From Ponticaulis sp. (lineage in GTDB: Bacteria; Pseudomonadota; Alphaproteobacteria; Caulobacterales; Hyphomonadaceae), in assembly GCF_002723155.1 (NCBI RefSeq), contig NZ_PBNO01000006.1: a stretch of 64,000 bases of DNA; one strand, written 5' to 3'. A program made the translations under genes and the position numbers. Below are positions 18,426-28,151 of the stretch, piece after piece; within the stretch, counting starts at the first letter, position 1, and the number at the start of each line of letters is the position of its first letter. The notes beneath the pieces were generated by a model. It ran no database searches, was not told where the DNA came from, and worked only from the letters and a program-made list of their open reading frames with translations.

Positions 18426-21400
18426 ATGAGCAGATCCGGGGTGGAAATGATGCAAGGTCTTTTGTCTGGCCATCGCGCTTCAACCAAGCCGCTATATCTT
18501 AGCGCGTGGTTGCTTTTTGCCTTTTTGATGCTGGTTCCCTTAGCATCAGGACAGGACTCCGGCGATCAAGCTGTGCAGGCTGTGTATCAGGATATCTCGG
18601 CGAAGCGCTCTGAAATCCAGGAAGCCCAAGCGGTGATTGACACAAGACGTTCTGCACTTGAAGCCGCCCAACAAAATTTGCGCGATGCACGTAGCGCTCT
18701 GAGCTCAGCGGAAACACAGCTTCGTATTGCACGCGACAGATCATTGTCGTCTCAATCTGCCTCTGATTATTTGTCTGCGACACGAGAGGCGCTTGATGAC
18801 CTGCGGCGGCAACGTGCGTCAGCCACTGGTTCTGAGCGGGATGTTCTCGATGCTCAGATCAGAGCTTTGCGTCGCCAATTGGATGAGGAAGCACGTCGCT
18901 ATGGCCGGGCTAGTCAGGGGCGGCAGTCTGCTCTGGATGGGGCTCTAACTGCCGTTAGCCGAGCCAATGCAGAGGTAGAGACGGCCACGGTTCAGGTCCG
19001 GACCGCGACTACAGCGTTATCTCGCGCCGAAGAACAAAAGAGGGCGCGTGAGGCAGAGTTGGGTGGCCTGTTGGAAAGAGCTGCGCAGCTTTCTGAAAAT
19101 GCGGCTCCGCCATTCTTGCAAGAGATCGTCATTTCCCAGGACGGTCGCGAAGTTTATCGCGCCTTCTGGAGTGAGAATACCGAAGAATATGATCTGGTTG
19201 TTGCAAGCATTCAGGATCTGGAAAATCAGCTGCGCGGATTTGAGGACCTGCGCGCTGAGCTTTTAAGGGAGCAGACGACCTATCAACGTACCGTGAATAT
19301 CGCGCTCGCAGAGCTTCCCGGTCTTCGTGAGGAGCTGGAATGGAATGAGGACGTGATCCTATATTCCGATCGTCTCTATAATTATGGGCAAATCCTTCTC
19401 TTGATCGCGACGCCTGCCAGCATCGTCGAAGGTGTTTATCTTTCAACGACACAGATGATCGCGACCGTGGGGCGAGCCAACGTGACACGGGCGGCGCTCA
19501 CACAGTTTATTGCACGCGAAATTCCTCGGCAGACGGCTTTGAATGTAGGGCTAACACTTGGATCGAGTGGATTGCCGAATTTTCTCGTCTGGCCCGAATA
19601 TGCGCAACGTGCAGGCGTGTTATTCGGTGCGCTTTCCAGTCACAACACGGCGCGCGCAATGCTGATGGCGTCGAACACGCTCACCGAACCAATTGCGGCT
19701 AGCATCACACTTTATCAGACCTATGGCGGCGTTAGTGGCGCGGTGGATGGATCACTTTTTGCGGACTCTGTTGCCGAGCGATACAACGATGCTGATCAGC
19801 GCCGCTTTGAAGAGCGAATGCGTCGAGCCATTCGTCGTATCGATAGCTACAATAATGATGTGCTTGATTTCACAGCGTCGATGAATGCGCGTCAACAATA
19901 TGAAATGCAGGCGAGCCGTATCGCAGACCAAGCGCTGGAAGAGGTGATGTCAGCCATACGAGATCGGGAAAACTCGTGGGCGCGCACTCTGCTAGTTGGC
20001 CATATCTGGGAAACTAATGCTGATATCGCGATGGCTTATGATCTGGCCCAAATCCGTTATTGGGAAGCTATGCGGGACGGATACCGGGGTTTCGTGGGAA
20101 TGGTCGAGCGGGACCTTGTAAGGCTTGCCGATTTGCGGACAGAGACCGAAGATCGTCTGCGTGAACTGCGCGAAGAGCTTCCGGGCGCCGCGGTGCGCAA
20201 GCTTACAGTTCATACCAATGAGCAGCTCAGACAGGATAATTCCGGCTATGCGCAAATTCAGCTGACTTTCTCACAACCCGTCACGGCGACGCCCACGGCA
20301 CAGATTGGCGCTGGAGCGGCCGTCGCCTGGAGTGATGCACCCGCCGGTGACGGACTGCCACTTCCCGACGTGGAGGGCTCAGTCATCGCTGAGTTGTCCG
20401 GAAGCGGTGCCAGCTGGAACGGTCGCTTTCCGCTGCGGCCTTTACGGGGGCAGTTCGAGCGCAATGAACCGCTCCAAATCACAGTCTCTGCAACAGATGC
20501 GGCAGGTAAAAACCTAGATGCCGACCCGCGGACATCGGCCCGCACCAACCAATACGGAAACTGGACGTATTCTGAAGCGGTAAGAAGTGGCACTGCGATC
20601 GGAAGTGGCGGCCCGGACCGCTGGCACGAACTTAATGTCATCGGTACGGGCGGAACGAGCTACGTCTTTGTCGTGGACGCATCCGGATCGATGGCTGGGC
20701 CAGGTATTCAGAATGTACGGCGTAGCGCACGTAGTTTTCTGGCAAGCATGGAGGATGCCGACGAAGTCGCGGTGTTCGCGTTTTTTGACTGCGGAAACAT
20801 CCAGCTACTGAGAGACTTCACGCGCGATAAAGCCGCCGTGCTCCAGACAATTGATGGCATCAATCACGCCTCAGGAACGCCGCTCGCTGCTGCGATCACG
20901 ACGAGTGGGAACTTCCTGCTGGAGTCTGCACATTACGACAGGCGTAGTCTGATCGTTCTCACTGATGGAGAGGAAAGCTGCAGTGGTGACCCGCAGGCGG
21001 CAGCAGCTCAGTTCAGGAGTGAGGCTAATCTTTTCGGCGACATTGATAATAGCTCTGCTGAGATCGATCCGGGCGAGCGTGAAGACGAGCCAGCTGACCC
21101 GCCTGAACAAGATGAGGAAGAAGAACTCGTCGCTGTTCAGCCAGATGAGCGTACAGCATGGCGTGTAGAGCAGGTGGGTAGCCAATCCATGCCCACTTTC
21201 GTCCTCATCGAGACACGGTTTCGGGAATGGGGGCGCGACAATGAATGCGCCGCGCAAGTTACCGAGCAACGTTTCTACACGTATTATGGCGCTTCACAGG
21301 CAGCAGACGGAATTGAACGCCGTCGATTCGGCGTTAACAGCACGCCATCGAGCTCCGATACGCTGGATTTTGCTTTATGCATTCGTGGACAAGCCGGAAT

Positions 21401-21506
21401 GGATCGTATCCGTTCTCAATGGGCTGACTTATCCGGAAGTGACTTTGAAACTGCCAGATCATCGGCTCAGCAACAAGCGTATCGCGCATTGGGGGATGCG
21501 CCATGA
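18426..21506 (+). CDS. Large exported protein: coiled coil, helical region, Ig-like domain, C-terminally incomplete VWA domain, acidic linker, unknown C-terminal domain
   Basis: Signal-like LLFAFLMLVPLASG; heptad-rich N-terminal region; QIQLTFSQPV beta-domain; MIDAS VVDASGSM, SGTPL, LTDGEE. Start uncertain (18330, 18426 or 18447). Confidence 0.7.
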   Translation: MSRSGVEMMQGLLSGHRASTKPLYLSAWLLFAFLMLVPLASGQDSGDQAVQAVYQDISAKRSEIQEAQAVIDTRRSALEAAQQNLRDARSALSSAETQLRIARDRSLSSQSASDYLSATREALDDLRRQRASATGSERDVLDAQIRALRRQLDEEARRYGRASQGRQSALDGALTAVSRANAEVETATVQVRTATTALSRAEEQKRAREAELGGLLERAAQLSENAAPPFLQEIVISQDGREVYRAFWSENTEEYDLVVASIQDLENQLRGFEDLRAELLREQTTYQRTVNIALAELPGLREELEWNEDVILYSDRLYNYGQILLLIATPASIVEGVYLSTTQMIATVGRANVTRAALTQFIAREIPRQTALNVGLTLGSSGLPNFLVWPEYAQRAGVLFGALSSHNTARAMLMASNTLTEPIAASITLYQTYGGVSGAVDGSLFADSVAERYNDADQRRFEERMRRAIRRIDSYNNDVLDFTASMNARQQYEMQASRIADQALEEVMSAIRDRENSWARTLLVGHIWETNADIAMAYDLAQIRYWEAMRDGYRGFVGMVERDLVRLADLRTETEDRLRELREELPGAAVRKLTVHTNEQLRQDNSGYAQIQLTFSQPVTATPTAQIGAGAAVAWSDAPAGDGLPLPDVEGSVIAELSGSGASWNGRFPLRPLRGQFERNEPLQITVSATDAAGKNLDADPRTSARTNQYGNWTYSEAVRSGTAIGSGGPDRWHELNVIGTGGTSYVFVVDASGSMAGPGIQNVRRSARSFLASMEDADEVAVFAFFDCGNIQLLRDFTRDKAAVLQTIDGINHASGTPLAAAITTSGNFLLESAHYDRRSLIVLTDGEESCSGDPQAAAAQFRSEANLFGDIDNSSAEIDPGEREDEPADPPEQDEEEELVAVQPDERTAWRVEQVGSQSMPTFVLIETRFREWGRDNECAAQVTEQRFYTYYGASQAADGIERRRFGVNSTPSSSDTLDFALCIRGQAGMDRIRSQWADLSGSDFETARSSAQQQAYRALGDAP

Positions 21507-23026
21507 TCCGCGTTTTGAGTGCATTCCTGACGGCTTATGTTCTCGTGTTGCCGGTGTTCGCGCAAGAACCTGATGACGACACACGATTTGCAAGGGCTGC
21601 CTATCTCAATTTCGAGATGACAACAGAGATTTCAGGTGTCGATGATATCGACTGGTTCCGTCTCGATGTCACCCGTCCCGGACGTCTCAGTGTGAGTTAT
21701 TCAGCGGGAGATGAGTCAGGAGCACTCCCTGAATTCACGCTGATGAGTAATGAGGAAGAGCTGGCTCTTTCTTCTGCGATTACGGATGAGTCGGGTACGG
21801 TTTCTCAAAGCACGATTGTCGAGCCTGGTATTCACTTTATCGGAGTGAGTAGTCGTACGGCTGCGGGCGAATATGGCTTTGAACTGGATCTGGCACCGCT
21901 CTCTATCGGTGAAGCATATTGGGCGAACGTTGTAGAAACACCCAGCGCGAGCGGTAGCTATCCTGTCCATCTTGAGGGCAGCAACGCACCAACAGTTTTC
22001 TCACTTGAGGTGGATGATTTCAGCACGCTTGGTATCCGGTATGAAAACCTCTCCGACGTGCAAACGCAGTTTACCGGCCAGGTGTTGAATACCGAGACAG
22101 GGGAAACGGTTTCGATACTGCCGTTTATTGACACAGGCGATGTAGACCCTTCAGCGCTCGTTCTTCTGTTCCCGGGTGAATACGAGGTGCAGTTAAACCG
22201 CTATGGTGCGGCCGATGGTCCAGCGCGTGTGTCGTTCTCTCTCGGTGCACCTGGAGATGCCTTCGAACCAAACGATACGCCTGACATGGCGAGCTATTTT
22301 CCGCTCAATCAGTCCGTTTCAGATGTTCATACCTACAGGGGCGATACAGACTGGCTTGCGGTAGAGCTGGATGTGGCGGGGCATCTTGAATTTAGTTTCC
22401 GCCCTGTCGAGCCGACCGACATCGGATATCCCACGGCATATCTTTATCCCGAGGCGGACCCCAATAGTTACATAAGCGGTAACTGGAACTCCCGAACCGG
22501 TATTCTCGCGTACAGCCTTGAAGCGGGACGTTACCTCCTTCGAGTTACGGGGCCAAACGCCGAATTAAGAACTCAGATTCGAGCGAATTTCCGCCCGCGG
22601 CAGTCGGAAGACGTCGAAGAAACCGATGCGAACTTCTTCATTGTTGGACTGGCCGACGCCGAGAACGCAGCGCTTCAGGATTCGATTAGCAGTATCGCGT
22701 CAGCAGGCGGTGGTGAGACGATACCCGTGTCTGGCGACGATATGGAGTTGGGACTGACATTGGCCGGTATTGTGTCCCGATCCGAGGGGCGCACGCTTAC
22801 CATTATCGATTACCTGCGGGCGACGTCTCAGGTCATGCTTCAGAGATTGGGTACCCCACCAGAAAACGATCTTGCGGCGTGGCGGGCCTCATCTGCTTCA
22901 CGGCTCGCGGATACCGACCTGTTTGAGCCGCAGGACGATCCTGCTGGTGATCTTGCCGCGCAACAGGCGGCGCGTTTCAGAGAACGCATGCTCAGATATT
23001 TCCAACCTGCAGAGCCTGAAAATTAG
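21503..23026 (+). CDS. Exported protein with PPC-like beta-sandwich repeats and a VWA C-terminal-like segment
   Basis: Signal peptide; repeated EP(D/N)D...D-x-DW motifs (EPDDD...DIDWF; EPNDT...DTDWL); NFFIVGL...IASAGGG segment; ATGA overlap with the upstream gene. Confidence 0.6.
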   Translation: MIRVLSAFLTAYVLVLPVFAQEPDDDTRFARAAYLNFEMTTEISGVDDIDWFRLDVTRPGRLSVSYSAGDESGALPEFTLMSNEEELALSSAITDESGTVSQSTIVEPGIHFIGVSSRTAAGEYGFELDLAPLSIGEAYWANVVETPSASGSYPVHLEGSNAPTVFSLEVDDFSTLGIRYENLSDVQTQFTGQVLNTETGETVSILPFIDTGDVDPSALVLLFPGEYEVQLNRYGAADGPARVSFSLGAPGDAFEPNDTPDMASYFPLNQSVSDVHTYRGDTDWLAVELDVAGHLEFSFRPVEPTDIGYPTAYLYPEADPNSYISGNWNSRTGILAYSLEAGRYLLRVTGPNAELRTQIRANFRPRQSEDVEETDANFFIVGLADAENAALQDSISSIASAGGGETIPVSGDDMELGLTLAGIVSRSEGRTLTIIDYLRATSQVMLQRLGTPPENDLAAWRASSASRLADTDLFEPQDDPAGDLAAQQAARFRERMLRYFQPAEPEN

Positions 23027-23040
23027 AGAGAGGGAAGCTT

Positions 23041-23580
23041 ATGTCGGAAAAATCCGGATCCCGGAAAACCGGACTGATTTTTGTTGCAACGATCGCATTC
23101 ATCGTCGGGATGATCATGATCGGATATCAGTTCAAACTCCAGCCACTCGATATTTTTACGATAATACTGGCAATCGCAAGCTTGTTGCTGGCGTTTTATC
23201 AGCGATTTATTGCAAAGGACGATAATCGTCTGCTCGATATTGGACACGTTGTTGTGGCGGCGATTCTTGCCCTGAGATTCGGATTGCCATTGCTCTTTGA
23301 TCTCGCCTCACTGCCAACGCTTTTGCTGTACGGCTCGATCATACTCTTCTTTTACATCGCTATATCAGGTGCCATCAGTCTGTTCGCAGGCGGCCTTCCA
23401 AGCTTCGATAAGAAGCAGGAGAACGCGACAATAGAATCCGATCCTGTCAATACCGAGGACGCGTTCGAAGAGACTGAAACAACGGATGAAGCTGACGCGT
23501 CAACCTTGCCAGCCGAGGATGGAGAGAAACCGGCCGAAGCTGACGTAACGGAAGCGGTTGACGACGAAAAGAAGACCTGA
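23041..23580 (+). CDS. Hypothetical membrane protein (about 4 TM) with acidic tail
   Basis: Hydrophobic segments, then an E/D/T/A-rich C-terminus; GGGA RBS, 14 bp after the previous stop. Confidence 0.65.
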   Translation: MSEKSGSRKTGLIFVATIAFIVGMIMIGYQFKLQPLDIFTIILAIASLLLAFYQRFIAKDDNRLLDIGHVVVAAILALRFGLPLLFDLASLPTLLLYGSIILFFYIAISGAISLFAGGLPSFDKKQENATIESDPVNTEDAFEETETTDEADASTLPAEDGEKPAEADVTEAVDDEKKT

Positions 23581-23610
23581 AAAATCCCTCCAATGACCGA
23601 GTGGAAATAG

Positions 23611-23637
23611 CTTGCTCTATCGATTTTCACGCCATAG
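23611..23637 (+). promoter_or_regulatory. Possible RpoH-type promoter for the AAA+/VWA pair
   Basis: CTTG-N17-CCATAG ending 9 bp before ATG 23647. Confidence 0.25.
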
Positions 23638-23646
23638 GCATGGGAT

Positions 23647-24648
23647 ATGACGATAGATAAAGACCTCATCGCGGAGACGTATTCGCCTCTCTCTTCCGTC
23701 GCCGCGGTTTCCGAAGGCCTGCTTTCAGTTGGCTATATTTCCAGTGAAGAAATATCCACGGCGATCTATCTCGCCGTCCACCTCAGGAAGCCCATTCTCA
23801 TCGAAGGTCCGGCTGGCGTGGGGAAAACAGACCTTGCGCAGTCTCTGTCTCGATATCTCGATGTGCCGCTTGAGCGCCTGCAATGTTATGAAGGTCTTGA
23901 TGAGAGCAAGTCTCTCTACGAGTGGAAATACGGTAAGCAACTTCTCTACACTCAGATCCTAAAAGACCGCCTTAATGACGTCGTTGGCGATGCGGGCACG
24001 ATTGCCGATCTGACGGGTCGTCTTGCGACGTTTGAAGACCTGTTCTTTTCGCACGACTTCCTTGAGCCGCGCCCATTGCTCCGAGCTATGGAGCAGACAA
24101 GTGGCTCTGTGCTGCTCATCGATGAAATTGATAAGTCTGATGAAGAGTTCGAGGCTTTTCTGTTGGAAGTGCTCTCGGACTATCAAGTGACGGTGCCGGA
24201 GATCGGAACGATCAAAGCCAACGTGCCGCCTATCGTTATCCTGACGTCGAACAATGTGCGCGACCTAGGGGATGCTCTTAAGCGCCGCTGCCTGCACCTC
24301 TATATCGGCTTCCCGGATGCAGCACGTGAACGCGAAATTGTGCGAGCGCGGGTGCCGGATGTCTCTGACAGTCTACTCACTCAGCTGGTGTCGTTCGTTC
24401 AGGATCTCCGGACGAAGGACCTTCGAAAGCGACCTTCGATTTCCGAGACTGTCGACTGGGCTAGAACGCTCCTGCTTATGCATGCAGACTCACTTGATGA
24501 AGCTATGGTCCGCAAGACACTCAATGTGCTTCTGAAATACGAGAGCGACATTGAAGCGACTTCCAATGCGATCGGATCTATGGCGCGTAATGCAGCTTCG
24601 TCATCTGAATCGAAACGCCTTCCGAGCGGATATCCTAGCCTGTCATGA
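23647..24648 (+). CDS. MoxR-family AAA+ ATPase (CoxD-like)
   Basis: Walker A EGPAGVGKT, LQCYEGLD, YEW, Walker B LLIDEIDK, LTSN, ALKRRC, DWA. Confidence 0.9.
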   Translation: MTIDKDLIAETYSPLSSVAAVSEGLLSVGYISSEEISTAIYLAVHLRKPILIEGPAGVGKTDLAQSLSRYLDVPLERLQCYEGLDESKSLYEWKYGKQLLYTQILKDRLNDVVGDAGTIADLTGRLATFEDLFFSHDFLEPRPLLRAMEQTSGSVLLIDEIDKSDEEFEAFLLEVLSDYQVTVPEIGTIKANVPPIVILTSNNVRDLGDALKRRCLHLYIGFPDAAREREIVRARVPDVSDSLLTQLVSFVQDLRTKDLRKRPSISETVDWARTLLLMHADSLDEAMVRKTLNVLLKYESDIEATSNAIGSMARNAASSSESKRLPSGYPSLS

Positions 24649-25994
24649 GCGCAGAACGCACCATCACGGATTTTGTGAGGGCGCTGCGCTCGGCTGATGT
24701 GAAGGTTTCAACGGCTGAAACGCTGGATGCGGTTAAAGCTGTTGACCTTGTCGGATATGAAGACCGTGAATTTCTGAAGACGGCACTTCGCTCGGTTCTG
24801 GCAAAGTCCGAAGCCGAAAAAGATACTTATGACCGGCTCTTCGAGCTGTTCTTTCAAAGAAAGCAGAAAGAGCAGAGCGAAAAAACAGAGTCTTCAGAGC
24901 AGGACGCTGGCGAAGATTCTGGCGAGCCGCAGAACTTCATGGATATCGCCGAAAGTTCTGATGAAGCAGTCATAGAGATGGCACTGGAGCGTGCAGGGCA
25001 GGCATCTGGTCTACAGGATATACGCTTCTCCACCCAGACCTCGTATTATGCTCAGCAAATGCTCAAAGAGATGGGCGTCCGCGAGATGGAGGCAGAGCTT
25101 CTGGAGCAGTTGCAGGCACACACACCTGAAGGTGATGCCGAAGCAGAACGGATGATGGACGCGCGTAAAAAGATGACAGCGCGCGCTATCGAGTTTGCGA
25201 AACAGCAATTTGAAGTCTTTGGTGCTGGCGCTACGCAGCAGTTCCGCGACGACTTCCTTGCCGACAAACGTATCAACGAGATGGACCGCTCCGATATGGA
25301 GCGTATGAAGCCGCTCATTCAGAAGCTTGCCAAACGTCTCGTGAGTAAACATTCGCGGCGCAAGCGCCAGAAAAACCGCGGGCAGCTCGATATTCGCAAA
25401 ACGCTGAGGGCCAATGCAGGCCGTGACGGCGTGCCGTTTGATGTCCATTGGAGACAGACCAAAAAGGATCGACCAAAGCTGGTTTTGATCTGTGATGTCT
25501 CTGGTTCAGTTGCGCGGTTTGTCCGGTTTTTGCTCCTGTTCCTGTATTGCGTTCGCGATGTTGTGCCGGATCTGCACACTTACGCGTTCTCGGCACGTCT
25601 CAAGGATGTTGGGCCATATCTCGATACGTCACTGGACGGGTTTGAAAGCGCGATGGAACGGATTCTTGCGGAAATCGGTTGGGGTTCCACCGATTACGGC
25701 CAGGCGCTGTCAGACCTTCAAGTGGATCATTGGTCCAAGATTGACCGACGTACGACCGTTATCGTTCTGGGTGATGCGCGGTCCAATCATGGTGACCCGC
25801 GCATTGATATTTTTGAAGACCTAGCGGCGAAAACGAAGCGTATTGTCTGGCTCAATCCCGAAGCGCGTCCGCTTTGGGGGACAGGTGATAGCGAAATGCT
25901 GCGCTATTTCCCGCATTGTTCTACGGTCACAATGCTCTCCAACCTGAAGCAGTTGGAGAGGGCCATTGATGACGTGTTGATGCACTATAGCTAG
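24645..25994 (+). CDS. CoxE-like VWA domain protein
   Basis: LDIRKTLRAN, ICDVSGSV MIDAS, GSTDYG, GDARSN, VWLNPE, WGTGDSEM; ATGA overlap with the AAA+ gene. Confidence 0.88.
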   Translation: MSAERTITDFVRALRSADVKVSTAETLDAVKAVDLVGYEDREFLKTALRSVLAKSEAEKDTYDRLFELFFQRKQKEQSEKTESSEQDAGEDSGEPQNFMDIAESSDEAVIEMALERAGQASGLQDIRFSTQTSYYAQQMLKEMGVREMEAELLEQLQAHTPEGDAEAERMMDARKKMTARAIEFAKQQFEVFGAGATQQFRDDFLADKRINEMDRSDMERMKPLIQKLAKRLVSKHSRRKRQKNRGQLDIRKTLRANAGRDGVPFDVHWRQTKKDRPKLVLICDVSGSVARFVRFLLLFLYCVRDVVPDLHTYAFSARLKDVGPYLDTSLDGFESAMERILAEIGWGSTDYGQALSDLQVDHWSKIDRRTTVIVLGDARSNHGDPRIDIFEDLAAKTKRIVWLNPEARPLWGTGDSEMLRYFPHCSTVTMLSNLKQLERAIDDVLMHYS

Positions 25995-26743
25995 GCTTCG
26001 TCTGCAAAGCTTCGGAAGACGCGGGCAAGAGATGAGGCCGCTGCCTCAATGATGATCTCGCCTTTTTCCACTGTCGCCTGAGACGGGTCTGAACCGATCC
26101 GGCCATCAGGGAAATTATCGCGGTAATTGTCAGCGTCGCGGAAGTCTGAAACCGGAGCGATCTTCGGAGACATCTCCACATTGCGTACCTGATCAGGGTA
26201 GCCCGCATAGGTGACCGCGACCTCTGATGCTGTTGCGTGCATGCCGTCTCCGGTCGGAAACTGACGTCGACATTCGTCCATTACGCCGGGCATCTCCCAC
26301 CAGTTCTTGGCCTTCAGGCGTAGATCTGGAAGTGAATTGCTGCCCGGCCGCTGCAGGCTTCGTTCCGCATAGAGCTCGGCAAAAGCCGCCTGAAGCGTTG
26401 CTGTGTTGCCGCCATGGCCATTGAACCAGAAGATACGTTCGAAGCCGTGGCGGATCAGTGAGTCAGTCCAATCTTTCATTGCAGCAATCATGGTTGAAGG
26501 TCGCACCGTCATACTGCCGGGAAAGCCGAGATGGTGTTGAGCGATACCGACATTAAAGGTTGGCCCGATCAGCATGTCCGTTTTCTGCTCAGCAGCGAAA
26601 GCAATAATCTCCGGACAGAGGGCGTCAGTTCCGATCAGGCCGTTCGGTCCATGTTGTTCGGTAGAGCCGACGGGTATTAGAATTGCCTTCGATTTTTCGA
26701 GATAGGTTTCGACTTCAGGCCATGTGGAAAGTTGCAGGCGCAT
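25991..26743 (-). CDS. Creatininase-family amidohydrolase
   Basis: PVGSTEQHG, GTD, HHLGFPGS, NGHGGN, HATASE. Confidence 0.9.
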   Translation of the reverse strand: MRLQLSTWPEVETYLEKSKAILIPVGSTEQHGPNGLIGTDALCPEIIAFAAEQKTDMLIGPTFNVGIAQHHLGFPGSMTVRPSTMIAAMKDWTDSLIRHGFERIFWFNGHGGNTATLQAAFAELYAERSLQRPGSNSLPDLRLKAKNWWEMPGVMDECRRQFPTGDGMHATASEVAVTYAGYPDQVRNVEMSPKIAPVSDFRDADNYRDNFPDGRIGSDPSQATVEKGEIIIEAAASSLARVFRSFADEA

Positions 26744-26821
26744 TGTACATCCTTGTGAGCTTCTTGATTTGAAAGCTGGAGCTGAACGCAGATGAGTTCA
26801 AGTGCGAGACTGTGCGGCGCA

Positions 26822-26845
26822 TAAAAAAGGCGCCGTTTGGCGCCT
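26822..26845 (-). terminator. Intrinsic terminator after the amidohydrolase lipoprotein gene
   Basis: AGGCGCC-GTTT-GGCGCCT with TTTTT on the minus strand. Confidence 0.75.
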
Positions 26846-26861
26846 CCCGGAGTTATTCAAT

Positions 26862-27995
26862 TTAATTCGCAGTGCAGATATCAGGTGCGCGATAGGGCAG
26901 GTCCAGCAAATCAAAATAGGCTTGTCCGAGTGCGATGTGGCGGAACGCACGGTCATCCAACTCTGATAGTATCATGGAATTTACCTCAACCTCTTCGGCG
27001 TAAACGTCGAAGGTTTTGTTGAAGCTGGCAACGAAGTCCGTTCCTGTCAGGATACGATCGTAATACTGATTGAAGAAGGCCGTGTAAGCCGCGACATTTT
27101 CAGGCGTGTTGAAGTAATTATCAGCGATCACGCGCCAGGTTATATCGAGCATCAGGTTCGGATGTCGGTCCAGACGCTCGGACATTAATGCAATATGTTC
27201 TTCGGCCGGTATTGTCGTGAGTTCGCGCGACAAGCCCATATGCACCCAGATGATCTTGTTATTTGGATAGCGTTGCAACGCATAATCCATCAGCGCGAGG
27301 TATTCCGTAGGGGCATTATCGGAGCCGAGATCTGAGTGGATTGCGATTGGCATGTCGAAATACCGAAGGCGCTCCATAAAGCCTCGCCAGTCGTCGATAT
27401 TTTCTGGAGTAGCGGGAACATGGTCATTGCCAAACAGGGCCTGCTTCACAAGGTTCACTTCGCCCATCCACTGGAAGAGTCCGGGATAAGTGGCATCATA
27501 CAAATCCAGCACGTCATTCACGTTCTCTGGATTGGCGAGGTCGGGGAATGTCGCTGATAGGGTCAGCACGAGGTTATCCGGGCGGTTCGTGGCGAGGTTG
27601 GCGGCATTGGCCATGTCGTTCTGGATGGACGGGATTGCGGGAATACCGGGACAATCAAGATAATAGGTGCAGCTGTTCGTGTACGGCAGCGATTGACCGA
27701 TGCCGTAAATGTTCGCGAAGAGCACGCCGCTATCTTCGAGATAGGCTAGCACCTCCTCGTATGGTCGTGGCTGGCCTCCAAAAGGGCGGAAGTGGTTATG
27801 GGTATCGACAACGAAAGTTGAAGGCTGCGTTGCGCGATCATAACAGGCCTGACCCGGACCTTCGCGGAACATATCCAACGTTCTGCTTGACGCCGCGAGC
27901 GGGGCGCGGGCTTCAGCGTCGGGTGTGGATGTGGTTGTTGTGCAGGCCGCGAGTGTTGCGGTCGCAAACATGGCTGCTGATACGTGCTTGATCAT
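26862..27995 (-). CDS. Amidohydrolase-superfamily lipoprotein (Amidohydro_2-like)
   Basis: Lipobox TLAAC after start 27995; DTHNH, GEV, IHSD, WVHMG, GTDF metal-binding pattern. Confidence 0.8.
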   Translation of the reverse strand: MIKHVSAAMFATATLAACTTTTSTPDAEARAPLAASSRTLDMFREGPGQACYDRATQPSTFVVDTHNHFRPFGGQPRPYEEVLAYLEDSGVLFANIYGIGQSLPYTNSCTYYLDCPGIPAIPSIQNDMANAANLATNRPDNLVLTLSATFPDLANPENVNDVLDLYDATYPGLFQWMGEVNLVKQALFGNDHVPATPENIDDWRGFMERLRYFDMPIAIHSDLGSDNAPTEYLALMDYALQRYPNNKIIWVHMGLSRELTTIPAEEHIALMSERLDRHPNLMLDITWRVIADNYFNTPENVAAYTAFFNQYYDRILTGTDFVASFNKTFDVYAEEVEVNSMILSELDDRAFRHIALGQAYFDLLDLPYRAPDICTAN

Positions 27996-28151
27996 TCTTC
28001 CCCCTTGACCCTTTTGGGCCACGTCCCTCAAATGATTAGGAATGAAGTCAGTAAAACATGCAAGCCGTAGAGCGTCCCTCCTTCGTTCAGGGGATGTGTA
28101 GAGGTCATGGTGACGGTTCACTGTACGCGACGTTTTTGATCAGAGGTTTGA

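Noticed and set aside
9595-25994. Aerobic CO dehydrogenase (cox) cluster, suggested by XdhC/CoxF-, CoxD- and CoxE-like genes
   Set aside because: The Mo subunit is a Tat lipoprotein of IorB type with WRGV rather than AYxCSFR or AYRGAGR, and there is no CoxM flavoprotein.
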